DNA of 64,000 nt from positions 257,006 through 321,005 of the forward strand of contig JBAOIG010000005.1 in assembly GCA_037045155.1 (NCBI GenBank). Reading direction: 5' to 3'. A program made the position numbers and the translations under genes. Under the pieces are notes generated by a model, which ran no database searches, was not told the origin of the DNA, and saw nothing but the letters and a program-made list of their open reading frames with translations. Source of the DNA: Thermomicrobiales bacterium. GTDB lineage: Bacteria; Chloroflexota; Chloroflexia; Thermomicrobiales; CFX8. Shown piece by piece: positions 1 through 8,196 of the stretch. Position 1 is the stretch's first letter. Each line of letters begins with the position of its first letter.

Positions 1-101
1 TGGTAATCCCGCACACGCTTGCGCAAACAGGCGGTGTGTCACAGGATAATGATACCAGCGGCCGATCGGTCGCGATTACTCACGTAAGGGAGACTGTGCC
101 G

Positions 102-914
102 ATGGAAAAGATCGCGCCGCATCTGGTCGGGCCGGAAGAGCTGGCAGGGCGTACGCCGCTATTGGGGCAGCCAGCGCCGGAGTTCCAGATGAAGGACGAA
201 GCGGGGAACTACGTCACCCTCCGCAGGCTGGTGCGGCAGCGGCCGATCCTGCTGCATCTGTATCGGGGTGAGTGGTGACCCACTTGACGACTGTACCTGT
301 CGCAGTTGCGACAGCACTACTGGGAACTGCGCGGTCTGGGAATCGAACTGGTGGCAGCGGCGAACGACACGCCGGAGACGAATCGCGACCTACGCGAACG
401 GTATGACCTGCCGTTCATGATTCTGAGCGACGAGAACGCGAACGTCGCCGAGGCGTATGGGTCGCTCCACGAAAATGATTCGACCCGACCGCGGATTTCG
501 CGAGTGTCGATGTTCATCATCCGGCCGGCCGACGAAGGCTCGACCATTGCCTGGGAGTATGTCGGGCCAACCTCGCGGCACCGCGTCGCACCATCCCGAC
601 TGAGTCAGGAGATTCAGACCTACCTGGGCATGCGTCATCAGACGGTGAGCGTGATCGTGCCCTCGGCATGGCAGGTGGAACGGGTGATCGCGGGATTCCA
701 GGATCCTCCGTTCGGACTCTACCGGACGCCTGCCGAGATCAACGAGCCAGGTGTGATGGTCTACCGCGACTACATGCGCGAGCTGGCCATGCAGGCCCAC
801 GGGGAGGTATTCCGACTGCAGAGCAGCGGCTGGACGCTGGCCGCGGTCTCGCCTGAGATGGACGGCGACATCGCGGTCGGGCAACGGTATGTGTTTACGA
901 GGGATGGGGGATGA
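102..914 (+). CDS. Peroxiredoxin-like thioredoxin-fold protein (AhpC/TSA, PRX_like2 type) with two in-frame UGA codons at the CxxC positions. Candidate Sec-Pro-Thr-Sec selenoprotein with an unassigned C-terminal extension of about 110 aa.
   Basis: ORFs 36..278 and 306..914 share one frame and are separated only by TGA CCC ACT TGA plus 6 sense codons. The joined product reads LLHLYRGEW-*-PT-*-RLYLSQLRQHYWELRGLGIELVAAANDTPE..LPFMILSDENANVAEAYG, which matches the FYRGxWCPxC..L..L..LSD family pattern. ATG at 102 follows AAGGGAG. GTG at 36 is an alternative start. Confidence 0.6.
291..323 (+). promoter_or_regulatory. bSECIS-like stem-loop immediately downstream of the two in-frame UGA codons
   Basis: CUGUCGCA(297-304)-GU-UGCGACAG(307-314) is a perfect inverted repeat. 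It can be extended by 291-295/318-322 with one U-U mismatch. The loop centre lies about 28 nt from UGA-1 (276) and about 19 nt from UGA-2 (285). The apical loop contains GU. Confidence 0.45.
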
Positions 915-945
915 GGCAAAGGGGATGAGGGGGTAGGTAGGGGAG

Positions 946-972
946 CAGGGGCGAACACGAGGTTCGCCCCTG
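946..972 (+). terminator. Hairpin after the peroxiredoxin-like gene (no U-tract)
   Basis: CAGGGGCGAAC-acgag-GTTCGCCCCTG forms a perfect 11-bp stem 32 nt after the stop at 912-914. Confidence 0.45.
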
Positions 973-1033
973 CAAGCACGGTGACAGACGGGTTGTCTTC
1001 ACGCAGTCGGGCAGAGCGGAGGCAGAGGGGCGA

Positions 1034-2611
1034 ATGGTTGAGCGGACGGGCGCGATGGCGGTTGCCGAGGCGCTGGCCGATCTGGGCGTCCGGAGGATGT
1101 ACGGGGTGTCCGGCAACCAGGTGCTAGCGCTGATCGACGCGGCCGACCGGGTCGGGATCGAGCTGGTCCATATGCGTCACGAGACGGCTGCGCTCTATGC
1201 GGCGGCAAGCGCGGCGGCAACGACCGGCACGATCGCGGTTGCGCTGACATCGGCAGGTCCGGGTTTTCTGGCGGCGATGCAGGGCGCAGCCGGCGCCGCG
1301 ACGGTTGAAGCTCCGGTGCTGTATCTCGCTGGCGCGAGCCCGGTCGCTCAACGCGGCCACGGCGCATTCCAGGAGGTGGACCAGGCGCGGATTGCCGGGG
1401 CAGTCTGCAAGGGCTCGTTCGAGATTGGACGGGCGGAAGACGCTCGCCGAGTCACGATGGAGGCGGCGCGGCTGGCCCAGGCCGGAGTTCCCGGGCCGGC
1501 CCATGTGGCGATGCCGAACGATGTGCTGACGGCACGAATCACGGGTGAAGAGGCGGCGCTGGCGATAGCGAACGTCGAGGCCATGCAGCCCGGGCAGCGT
1601 GACGCGCTGCTGGCAATTGCCGAGCGACTCTCACGAGCGCGCCGGCCGGCGATAGTCGCGCGGCCAGCGGCAACACGCGGGGAGGCCGGCACGCTGCTGG
1701 CCGAGATTGCCGGGCGGCTGGGGATCGCGCCGATCATCGCCGACGCGCCGCGCGGACTGGGTGACCCGCGCTACGCCGAGCTGGCCGCCAACCTGCCGGA
1801 AGCCGATGCGACACTGCTGGTCGGAGCATATGACTATCTGGTTCGCGGCGCGCTCGGGACCGGCGGGGAGTTCTGCGTCATCGATGCGCCGGGCGAGCCG
1901 GAAGCGCCGGGCGCTATCTGCCAGATCCAGATACCTCCCGCGGAGGCACTCGCGTTCCTTGCGGAATATGTGACCGAGTCGCTCGATCGCGAGCCGGGGT
2001 GGGCGACGCGCTGGACGGTCTCGCCACCGCCGCTGGCGCCACCCGCGGACGACGACCTGCTGCATCCGCTGGCCGTCGGCTGGGCGATCCGCGAAGCGAT
2101 CCGACCGGACGACGTCGTGGTTTTCGACGGCGGAGAGTACGGACAATGGGTGCGGCTCGCGCTGCGCGATCTGCCGAACCCGATGATGACGACGGCGAAA
2201 ATCGGCGGGATCGGGAGCGGGATCCCGATGGCGATCGGCGTCCAGCGCGAACTGCCCGCGGCGCGAGTCGTCGCGATCGTCGGCGACGGATCCGCCGGCT
2301 ACCACCTGAGCGAGATGGAGACGGCAGCACGGCTGGGACTGCCGATCGTCGTGGTCGTCGGCAACGACGCGCGCTGGGGCGCGGAATGGCATCTGCAACG
2401 CGACCGGTACGGCGCGGGACGCGAGATCGCGACGGAGTTGGCCGACGCGCGTTACGACATCGCCGCGGCCGGATTCGGAGCGGCAGGGTACGATATCCAC
2501 TACCTGGGCGATCTCCAGGCGGCGCTTGCGCGGGCGCTACGGACGGAGCTGCCGGTGCTGATCAACGTGCATATCCGACCAGAACGCAGCCCGGTGACGA
2601 TTCAGCACTAA
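1034..2611 (+). CDS. Thiamine-pyrophosphate-dependent enzyme (acetolactate synthase / oxalyl-CoA or benzoylformate decarboxylase-like)
   Basis: 525 aa. The N-terminal TPP-pyrimidine domain reads AVAEALADLGVRRMYGVSGN. The C-terminal TPP motif reads GDGSAGYHLSEMETAARLGLPIVVVVGNDARWG. Confidence 0.8.
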   Translation: MVERTGAMAVAEALADLGVRRMYGVSGNQVLALIDAADRVGIELVHMRHETAALYAAASAAATTGTIAVALTSAGPGFLAAMQGAAGAATVEAPVLYLAGASPVAQRGHGAFQEVDQARIAGAVCKGSFEIGRAEDARRVTMEAARLAQAGVPGPAHVAMPNDVLTARITGEEAALAIANVEAMQPGQRDALLAIAERLSRARRPAIVARPAATRGEAGTLLAEIAGRLGIAPIIADAPRGLGDPRYAELAANLPEADATLLVGAYDYLVRGALGTGGEFCVIDAPGEPEAPGAICQIQIPPAEALAFLAEYVTESLDREPGWATRWTVSPPPLAPPADDDLLHPLAVGWAIREAIRPDDVVVFDGGEYGQWVRLALRDLPNPMMTTAKIGGIGSGIPMAIGVQRELPAARVVAIVGDGSAGYHLSEMETAARLGLPIVVVVGNDARWGAEWHLQRDRYGAGREIATELADARYDIAAAGFGAAGYDIHYLGDLQAALARALRTELPVLINVHIRPERSPVTIQH

Positions 2612-2626
2612 CGCAGAATCTGACAG

Positions 2627-3835
2627 TCAGTCGGGATCCCAGACCTGTACAGCGCCAGCGGCGGCGAGGCCGTCGATCTCGGCGTCGGTGAGCTTACAGC
2701 GCTCGCGGAGGACCTCGCGAGTGTGCTGGCCAAGGACGGGCGGAGCGGTGCGAACCTCGGCGGTCGTGGCACTGAAGGCCATCGGGACGCCGGGCAGCCG
2801 GATCTCGCCGAGGGTGGCGTGCTCGACCTCGACGAGCATCTTCCGGGCGAGGACGTGCGGATCAGCGAAGGTCTCAGCCATCGTATTGATCGGCGCAACC
2901 GGGACGCCGGCCTCGATCAGCAGCTCAACCCACTCGGCGGCCGGCTTGCGCGCCAGCTCCGTTTCGATCAGCGACGTGAGCGCCGGCCGGTTGGCGACAC
3001 GATCTGCGTTGGCGCAGAAGCGCGGGTCGTCGATCAGCTGGGGCCGGCCGAGCGCCTGGCAGAGCGCCGCGAAAAGCCGGTCGTTTCCAGCGGTGATGAT
3101 CAGTGGGTCGTCGGCCGTCTGGAACACCTGCTTGGGCGCGACCAGCGGGTCGACGTTGCCAGTGCGCGGCTGGTTCTCCCCGGTGATGAGGTAGTAGAGG
3201 TTCGCGCCAATCAGCCAGCCGATCATCGTATCGAGCAGATTGACCTCGACGAGCTGTCCCTCGCCAGTGCGCTCACGGTGGCGCAACGCCGCGAGAATCG
3301 TGCTGGTGGCAAGCATGCCGGCCGTGATGTCGCCGATGGCGACGCCAGCGCGCATCCCGTCCCCTTCCGACTCGCCGGTGACGCTCATGAATCCACTCAG
3401 AGCCTCGGCAATCAGGTCGTAACCAGGGCGCAACGCGTAGGGGCCGGAGCGGCCGAACGCAGAGATCGAGCAGTAGACGAGATCGGGACGGACGGCGCGC
3501 AAATCCTCATACCCGAGGCCGAGCCGCTCCATGACACCGACGCGAAAGTTCTCGACAACGACGTCCGCGCCGCGGACGAGGTCGAGCGCGATCTGGCGGC
3601 CCTTCTCGCTCTTCAGATCGAGCGCGATGCCACGCTTATTGCGGTTCACCGAGAGGTACGCGCCGGTCTGGTCGCCCAGCCAGGGCGGCCCCCAGGAGCG
3701 CGTGTCGTCGCCCTTGCCGGGCCGCTCAATCTTGATGACGTCCGCGCCCATGTCGGCCAGCAGCATCGTGCAGTACGGGCCGGCGAGAATCCGCGAGAAG
3801 TCGACGACCGTGATGCCATCCAGCGCGCCTGCCAT
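2627..3835 (-). CDS. Family III CoA-transferase (CaiB/BaiF/Frc-like)
   Basis: 402 aa. The N-terminus LDGITVVDFSRILAGPYCTMLLADMGADVIKIERPGKGDDTRSWGPP is the classic family III signature. GGGGGAG RBS. Confidence 0.88.
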   Translation of the reverse strand: MAGALDGITVVDFSRILAGPYCTMLLADMGADVIKIERPGKGDDTRSWGPPWLGDQTGAYLSVNRNKRGIALDLKSEKGRQIALDLVRGADVVVENFRVGVMERLGLGYEDLRAVRPDLVYCSISAFGRSGPYALRPGYDLIAEALSGFMSVTGESEGDGMRAGVAIGDITAGMLATSTILAALRHRERTGEGQLVEVNLLDTMIGWLIGANLYYLITGENQPRTGNVDPLVAPKQVFQTADDPLIITAGNDRLFAALCQALGRPQLIDDPRFCANADRVANRPALTSLIETELARKPAAEWVELLIEAGVPVAPINTMAETFADPHVLARKMLVEVEHATLGEIRLPGVPMAFSATTAEVRTAPPVLGQHTREVLRERCKLTDAEIDGLAAAGAVQVWDPD

Positions 3836-3853
3836 GCGTCTCCCCCGGCTGAC

Positions 3854-4474
3854 CTACTGACGCAACGCGTCCCGCGAGACAACAGCGCTCTTGTGGACAA
3901 CGAGCGTGCGGGCAGCGCGATCGCCGAGGCGCTGACGGGTGGGAGAGAGCTGGATGATGAGCGCGCCGACGACGCCCGCGAACATGCCATCGACGAGTCG
4001 CAGAAGCGAGCGGACGAGCGCGGGGAGCGGCCGCACCAGCGTGCCATCAAGATGAACGACGCGCAGCCCGACGACCAGCTTGCCGACGGTCGCGCCCCAA
4101 CGCGCCTCCATCAGCCAGGGGTAGAGGATGTAGATGGCGAGCATCACGGCGAGGACGCCGCCGTTTTCGGTGACCTCCTGGACGGTCGGCTCGCGTCCGG
4201 CGGGGAGAAAGTAGGACGCTGGAACCAGCGCGATTATCGTGATGACGATGAGGTCGATGAACCAGGCGATGCCGCGTTGGCCAAGCTGGGCGATGACAAC
4301 GGGCTGGGCGGCCGGCTGCTTCTCAGGGATTGGCGCTGGGGCCGGCTCGTCGGCAAACCCCTCCGGCATCCACTCGCCGCAGTAGCGGCACTTCAGCGCG
4401 ACCGCGTGGATCGGCTTCCCGCAATACGGACACGGCTTCATCGGCGACCTGGCGCTCATGCGCTCCCTGCTCAT
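3854..4474 (-). CDS. RDD-family membrane protein with N-terminal zinc-ribbon
   Basis: CPYCG..CRYCG zinc ribbon, a Pro/Ala linker, then hydrophobic segments and an RDD-type core (WLMEARWGATVGKLVVGLRVV). The start is uncertain (4474, 4459 or 4441). Confidence 0.7.
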   Translation of the reverse strand: MSRERMSARSPMKPCPYCGKPIHAVALKCRYCGEWMPEGFADEPAPAPIPEKQPAAQPVVIAQLGQRGIAWFIDLIVITIIALVPASYFLPAGREPTVQEVTENGGVLAVMLAIYILYPWLMEARWGATVGKLVVGLRVVHLDGTLVRPLPALVRSLLRLVDGMFAGVVGALIIQLSPTRQRLGDRAARTLVVHKSAVVSRDALRQ

Positions 4475-4606
4475 CCCGCTCTCAGCGCCTCACCCACAGT
4501 GGGCGCGGTATGGAGAGATGGTATCAGCGCGGGCGAGTGGCATGCGCGAACTGCCAGGCGGCGGGGCGCAGCCAGTGTCGCCTGGGCTTGGGCGTGCGCA
4601 CGAGCG

Positions 4607-5206
4607 TCAGCGCGTTAGTGAGCCCGACTCTTCCATCGCCGGCATTGATTCTTCGCGCTCCAGCCGAGCGATCGTTGCCACGAGCCAGTCGCGGTCGGCG
4701 TGGCGCATGGCCGTCAGGTGGTCGAGTGCGATGCCAAGATTGAGCTTGTCTCCGTGGGCAGCCACGTCCGGATTCGGCGCCAACAGAGCGTCGAGTCGCG
4801 ACAAGCGCTGGCGTAAGCAGGCGACCGCTTCGTTACGATCGAGGAAATTGATGAGCACAAGACCGATATCTCCGGCGTAGGTCGACTCGTCCGCGGCGGA
4901 CAGGTTTGCTCGAAGCAGATCACGAAAGAGGTCGCGGCCAACCGGCGTGATCGTATAGACCTTCCGCGGTGGGCGATTGCCGGCTTGCTCACTGTGGACC
5001 TCGATGAACCCGGCAGATTCCAAACGGGACAGGAGCGCGTAGGCCGTTGGCTTTTTCATGGTAGCTACATGACAGAGCGTGTTTTCGATGAACTCGTTGA
5101 TTTGATACCCGTGCTGATTCTGCGTCATCAAGACGCCGAGCAGCAGCAGGGCGCGCTCGTCCCAGATCGCCGTGTCGCGGACCATCCTCGGATCACGCTC
5201 GTCCAT
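4607..5206 (-). CDS. PadR-family transcriptional regulator
   Basis: Winged-helix motif LLLLGVLMTQNQHGYQINEFI..KKPTAYALLSRLESAGFIE..RKVYTITPVGRD. The start at 5206 follows AAGGAGG; the ORF-track start at 5230 has no RBS. Confidence 0.85.
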   Translation of the reverse strand: MDERDPRMVRDTAIWDERALLLLGVLMTQNQHGYQINEFIENTLCHVATMKKPTAYALLSRLESAGFIEVHSEQAGNRPPRKVYTITPVGRDLFRDLLRANLSAADESTYAGDIGLVLINFLDRNEAVACLRQRLSRLDALLAPNPDVAAHGDKLNLGIALDHLTAMRHADRDWLVATIARLEREESMPAMEESGSLTR

Positions 5207-5232
5207 CTCTACCTCCTTGATCACCCACATTA

Positions 5233-5295
5233 TAGTCTAGATTGACTAATCATCTCAACACGCCTATACTCAGCACTAATAGTCAAGCGTGACTA
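5233..5295. promoter_or_regulatory. Two copies of palindrome TAGTC-N6-GACTA in the padR / ABC divergent intergenic region (putative PadR operators)
   Basis: TAGTCtagattGACTA at 5233-5248 and TAGTCaagcgtGACTA at 5280-5295. This is the only AT-rich stretch between divergent starts 5206 (-) and 5359 (+). Confidence 0.5.
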
Positions 5296-5358
5296 CACGG
5301 GCCTGCGTATCCATGGTGGAAACGGGGCCGTCGCCTCGGTCGGGAAAGGAATTAGCCT

Positions 5359-6459
5359 GTGTTCCTTGCGCTCCGTGAGATTCGGCACGCCAAGTTGCGG
5401 TTCGCGTTAATCACTGGCGTCATCGTTATGGTATCGAGTCTCGTCTTTATTCTCTCCGGACTTGCCAACGGTCTCAGCGCCGGCAATACCGCCGCGATAG
5501 ATGCGATGCCGATCGATGGGATGGTCATTAGCAACGGGAGTGATTATCTCCTGGATCGCTCTTCCGTCGGGGCCGACAAAGCTCGTGGGATTGCATCCAT
5601 TGCTGGGATTGAGACTGCAGAGCCGCTCGGCGTGTCATCAGCGAGCATCAGGAAGCAAGGCGAGACAAAGCTCCTGGGGGTCTCATTCTTTGGCGTCGTC
5701 CCCGGTGGCGTGCTGGAGCCCCGAATTCAGAAGGGGAATCGCCTCGGCGCGCAAGCGCATGGCGTGGTCATCGACGAGTCGCTCGTCGACGACGGCATCC
5801 GTCTGGGTGACACGTTCACTACCGAGCCAGATGGCGTTGAGCTAACCGTGGTGGGGATCACGACTGGCCAGACCTATCGCCTGGCGCCGGTCGTCTTCAT
5901 GCCACTCGATCTCTGGCAGCAGATCCAGCCAATCCGGCAGGGCACAACGCAGGACGACGTAACGGCCATCGTAGTCCGCGGGTCATCACAAGCGATCGCG
6001 ACTATCCCCGAAACTGTGCCGAATACGATGGTCGGCAGCATCAATCAAATCGCCAACCATATCCCGGGAGAGTCGGAGCAAAACGCCACGTTGCTGCTCA
6101 TCCAGGTCTTCCTGGTGGTTATCGCAGCCGGAATCATCGCCGCGTTCTTCTACATCATCACGTTGCAAAAGATGCCAGAGCTGGGCGTGATGAAGGCGAT
6201 CGGCACCGGCACTGGTTATCTCGCGCGCACGCTTATCACGCAAGTCCTTGCGCTGGCGGTAGTTGGAGTGCTCATCGGGATCTCGATCGCAGACACGCTC
6301 GCGCTCATCATTGGCAACGCGGTCCCGTACAGCATCACCACGCAGCGTATGGCCCTGTTCGGCGGCGTCCTGCTGCTCGTCGCGGTCAGTGGCACGGCAC
6401 TATCGCTCGCGCGGATCGCGCGGGTCGACCCACTGGACGCGATCAACAAGGCTGGGTAA
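5359..6459 (+). CDS. ABC transporter permease, FtsX/MacB-like
   Basis: 366 aa. An N-terminal TM helix is followed by a large extracytoplasmic domain and a C-terminal FtsX-type 3-TM bundle. GTG start after GGAAAGGA. Confidence 0.8.
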   Translation: MFLALREIRHAKLRFALITGVIVMVSSLVFILSGLANGLSAGNTAAIDAMPIDGMVISNGSDYLLDRSSVGADKARGIASIAGIETAEPLGVSSASIRKQGETKLLGVSFFGVVPGGVLEPRIQKGNRLGAQAHGVVIDESLVDDGIRLGDTFTTEPDGVELTVVGITTGQTYRLAPVVFMPLDLWQQIQPIRQGTTQDDVTAIVVRGSSQAIATIPETVPNTMVGSINQIANHIPGESEQNATLLLIQVFLVVIAAGIIAAFFYIITLQKMPELGVMKAIGTGTGYLARTLITQVLALAVVGVLIGISIADTLALIIGNAVPYSITTQRMALFGGVLLLVAVSGTALSLARIARVDPLDAINKAG

Positions 6460-6490
6460 CTGGCTATCAAACGGGCATTGGAGAGCGATC

Positions 6491-7204
6491 ATGACGACGA
6501 ACATCCTTGAGCTGACGAGCATCGACAAGCACTTCGGTGATGGTGACTCCCGCGTTGATGCGCTCCAGGGCATCAATCTGACGGTCGGAATCGGCGAGCT
6601 GGTGGCGCTCATTGGCCCTTCGGGATCGGGCAAGTCGACGCTGTTGTCGATTGCGGGCGCACTCCTGACGCCAACGAACGGGGAGGTTCTCCTCGATGGC
6701 GCCAACATCACGCAACGTTCATCGGCGGAACGAACGCAGCTGCGGCTGGCGAAGTATGGGTTCATCTTCCAGGGGTCGAACCTGATTTCCTACCTGACCG
6801 GGCGGGAGCAGATGCTCTTCATCGCGCACCTCATCGGCTTACCTGGTGCGGAGGCAGAGCGGCGCGCCGACCGCCTGCTGCACGACCTTGGCATGACGGA
6901 TCGTGCTGGCCACTACCCCGAAGAACTCTCGGGCGGGCAGCGCCAACGCATCGCCATCGCGCGGTCGCTGATGAATGATCCGCGCATCATTCTGGCCGAC
7001 GAGCCGACCGCCAGCCTCGACTCAGTTCGCGGGCGACAGGTCGTGGAGATGCTGGCGAAGGAGGTCCACGAGCGTGAGAAGGGCGGCATCCTTGTCACGC
7101 ACGACGAGCGGCTGATCGACCTGTGTGACCGTGTCGTGCGCATCACCGACGGATTGCTCCACGAGGATGAGACGGTGGGCGCGGCGCGGGCCGTGGCTGT
7201 CTGA
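6491..7204 (+). CDS. ABC transporter ATP-binding protein (MacB/LolD-like)
   Basis: Walker A GPSGSGKST, signature LSGGQRQR, Walker B ILADEPT. ATG at 6491; the longer ORF-track N-terminus (from 6263) overlaps the permease gene. Confidence 0.9.
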   Translation: MTTNILELTSIDKHFGDGDSRVDALQGINLTVGIGELVALIGPSGSGKSTLLSIAGALLTPTNGEVLLDGANITQRSSAERTQLRLAKYGFIFQGSNLISYLTGREQMLFIAHLIGLPGAEAERRADRLLHDLGMTDRAGHYPEELSGGQRQRIAIARSLMNDPRIILADEPTASLDSVRGRQVVEMLAKEVHEREKGGILVTHDERLIDLCDRVVRITDGLLHEDETVGAARAVAV

Positions 7205-7373
7205 CCTACCCGCGGCAGCGAGCGATGCTGGGCGCCGTCGCACCTGGCATCGCAGCAACGATCGGACACCCGAAGCACGAGCATGGCTCCATCGGCGACC
7301 TGGCGCTCTTGCGCTCCGTGCTCGTCAGACGGCAGCGCGCCCAGCCGTGCGCGCTGAGGGGATGGTGTCAGGA

Positions 7374-7471
7374 TGGGGAGGGACGGCGCATGGGAGTCGA
7401 ACCCACCTGGGAGGCTCGTCACCCCCCACAGCGGTTTTGAAGACCGAACCCGTCGGTCCGTAAGTGCCCGC
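7374..7471 (-). pseudogene. Decayed tRNA-Sec paralogue or att-type remnant (no acceptor stem)
   Basis: 62 bp (7385-7446) match selC from anticodon stem to T arm with 1 mismatch. The 3' end has a 4-nt insertion (GCGCC-GTCC-CTCCCCA). The 5' third has diverged and cannot pair with the 3' end. Confidence 0.6.
7385..7446. repeat. Direct repeat copy 1 (62 bp, tRNA-Sec core)
   Basis: Identical to 8204-8265 except G7431 versus A8250. The offset is exactly 819 bp, and both copies give the shared peptide MGVEPTWEARHPPQRF in the ORF track. Confidence 0.9.
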
Positions 7472-7614
7472 TATCGTCTGGAATTGCCAGCACAACAGCG
7501 CGTTCAGCACCGCTGCCGTCCACTCTCAACTGCTCTGCTAGCGCAGAGCCGAGGGCTCCCGACCGTGGAAGTCGTGTGGACATTTCAGGCCGACTCCCTC
7601 GTGTGGATTGTCTG

Positions 7615-8082
7615 TCACTCGTAGTACTTCCACTCGCCTTCGAGCCAAAGGCCAACGCCGTCCTTCTGTACAGAGTCAATTATCTTGGGGAGACGATCTA
7701 GCGCCAACTCAAGCACCGCAGGATCGGATGTTGAAATATCGAATCTCGCTCGTCGATGATTATCAAGTTCCACGTATAGCTTCAGAGAAGCTGAAGGCGC
7801 GCCGGTTTCGTTGGCGACTCTATCTGACCACAGCTGATTTCGGGCCCAATCCCATGCGCGCACAACAGCGGGTTTCATTAGGTCGTAGGTTCCATTGCTA
7901 AGCATGCTAAGAGCAAAGTTGACCAGCAGAACCAGTTCTGGTGCACGTCCGCTCGCGCCTCCGACTTGAATCTCTCGATACTGCGCCTTGAACGGAGCCA
8001 GAGCCTCGACCAGCCCATCTGGTGGCATCTCGTACCTGGTGTAGATGATGAGCTGGTCAAGGACTTCGACATTGCGGATCAC
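7615..8082 (-). CDS. Hypothetical protein (155 aa) in the low-GC segment between the two tRNA-Sec copies
   Basis: GTG start preceded by GGGGGAGG at 7 nt. A GCTCTGC-tagc-GCAGAGC hairpin lies downstream. I recognise no motif. GC is about 50% on hand-counted lines. Confidence 0.55.
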   Translation of the reverse strand: MIRNVEVLDQLIIYTRYEMPPDGLVEALAPFKAQYREIQVGGASGRAPELVLLVNFALSMLSNGTYDLMKPAVVRAWDWARNQLWSDRVANETGAPSASLKLYVELDNHRRARFDISTSDPAVLELALDRLPKIIDSVQKDGVGLWLEGEWKYYE

Positions 8083-8196
8083 GTGGTACCTCCCCCTATT
8101 TCACGGGTCACTACCAAGTATCGCTTGCCTGCGTCCTTTCGATCGGGTTCGCTGGTTAGCGACGCGCCATATTCCTATATAAACGCGGAAAACAAG

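Noticed and set aside
276-287. Genome-wide reassignment of UGA (code 4/25-like), or a simple pseudogene, as the explanation for the two in-frame TGAs
   Set aside because: Many well-supported genes in the window terminate at TGA (for example 912-914, 7202-7204, 10903-10905 and 58933-58935), so UGA is a stop by default. A pseudogene cannot be excluded, but it is disfavoured by the exact Cys-position coincidence, the otherwise intact frame, the hairpin and the nearby selC.
2723-4618. 631-aa plus-strand ORF spanning the CoA-transferase and RDD genes
   Set aside because: It is antisense to two genes with clear family signatures. Its product is Arg/Ala/Gly/Asp-rich low-complexity sequence, typical of shadow ORFs in high-GC DNA, with no recognisable motif.
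7374-7471. Second functional tRNA-Sec gene
   Set aside because: The anticodon, extra and T arms are intact. However, the 5' segment (GCGGGCAC..) cannot pair with the 3' segment (GCGCCGTCCCTC..), and the anticodon stem loses a pair. It is called a remnant or att-type copy instead.
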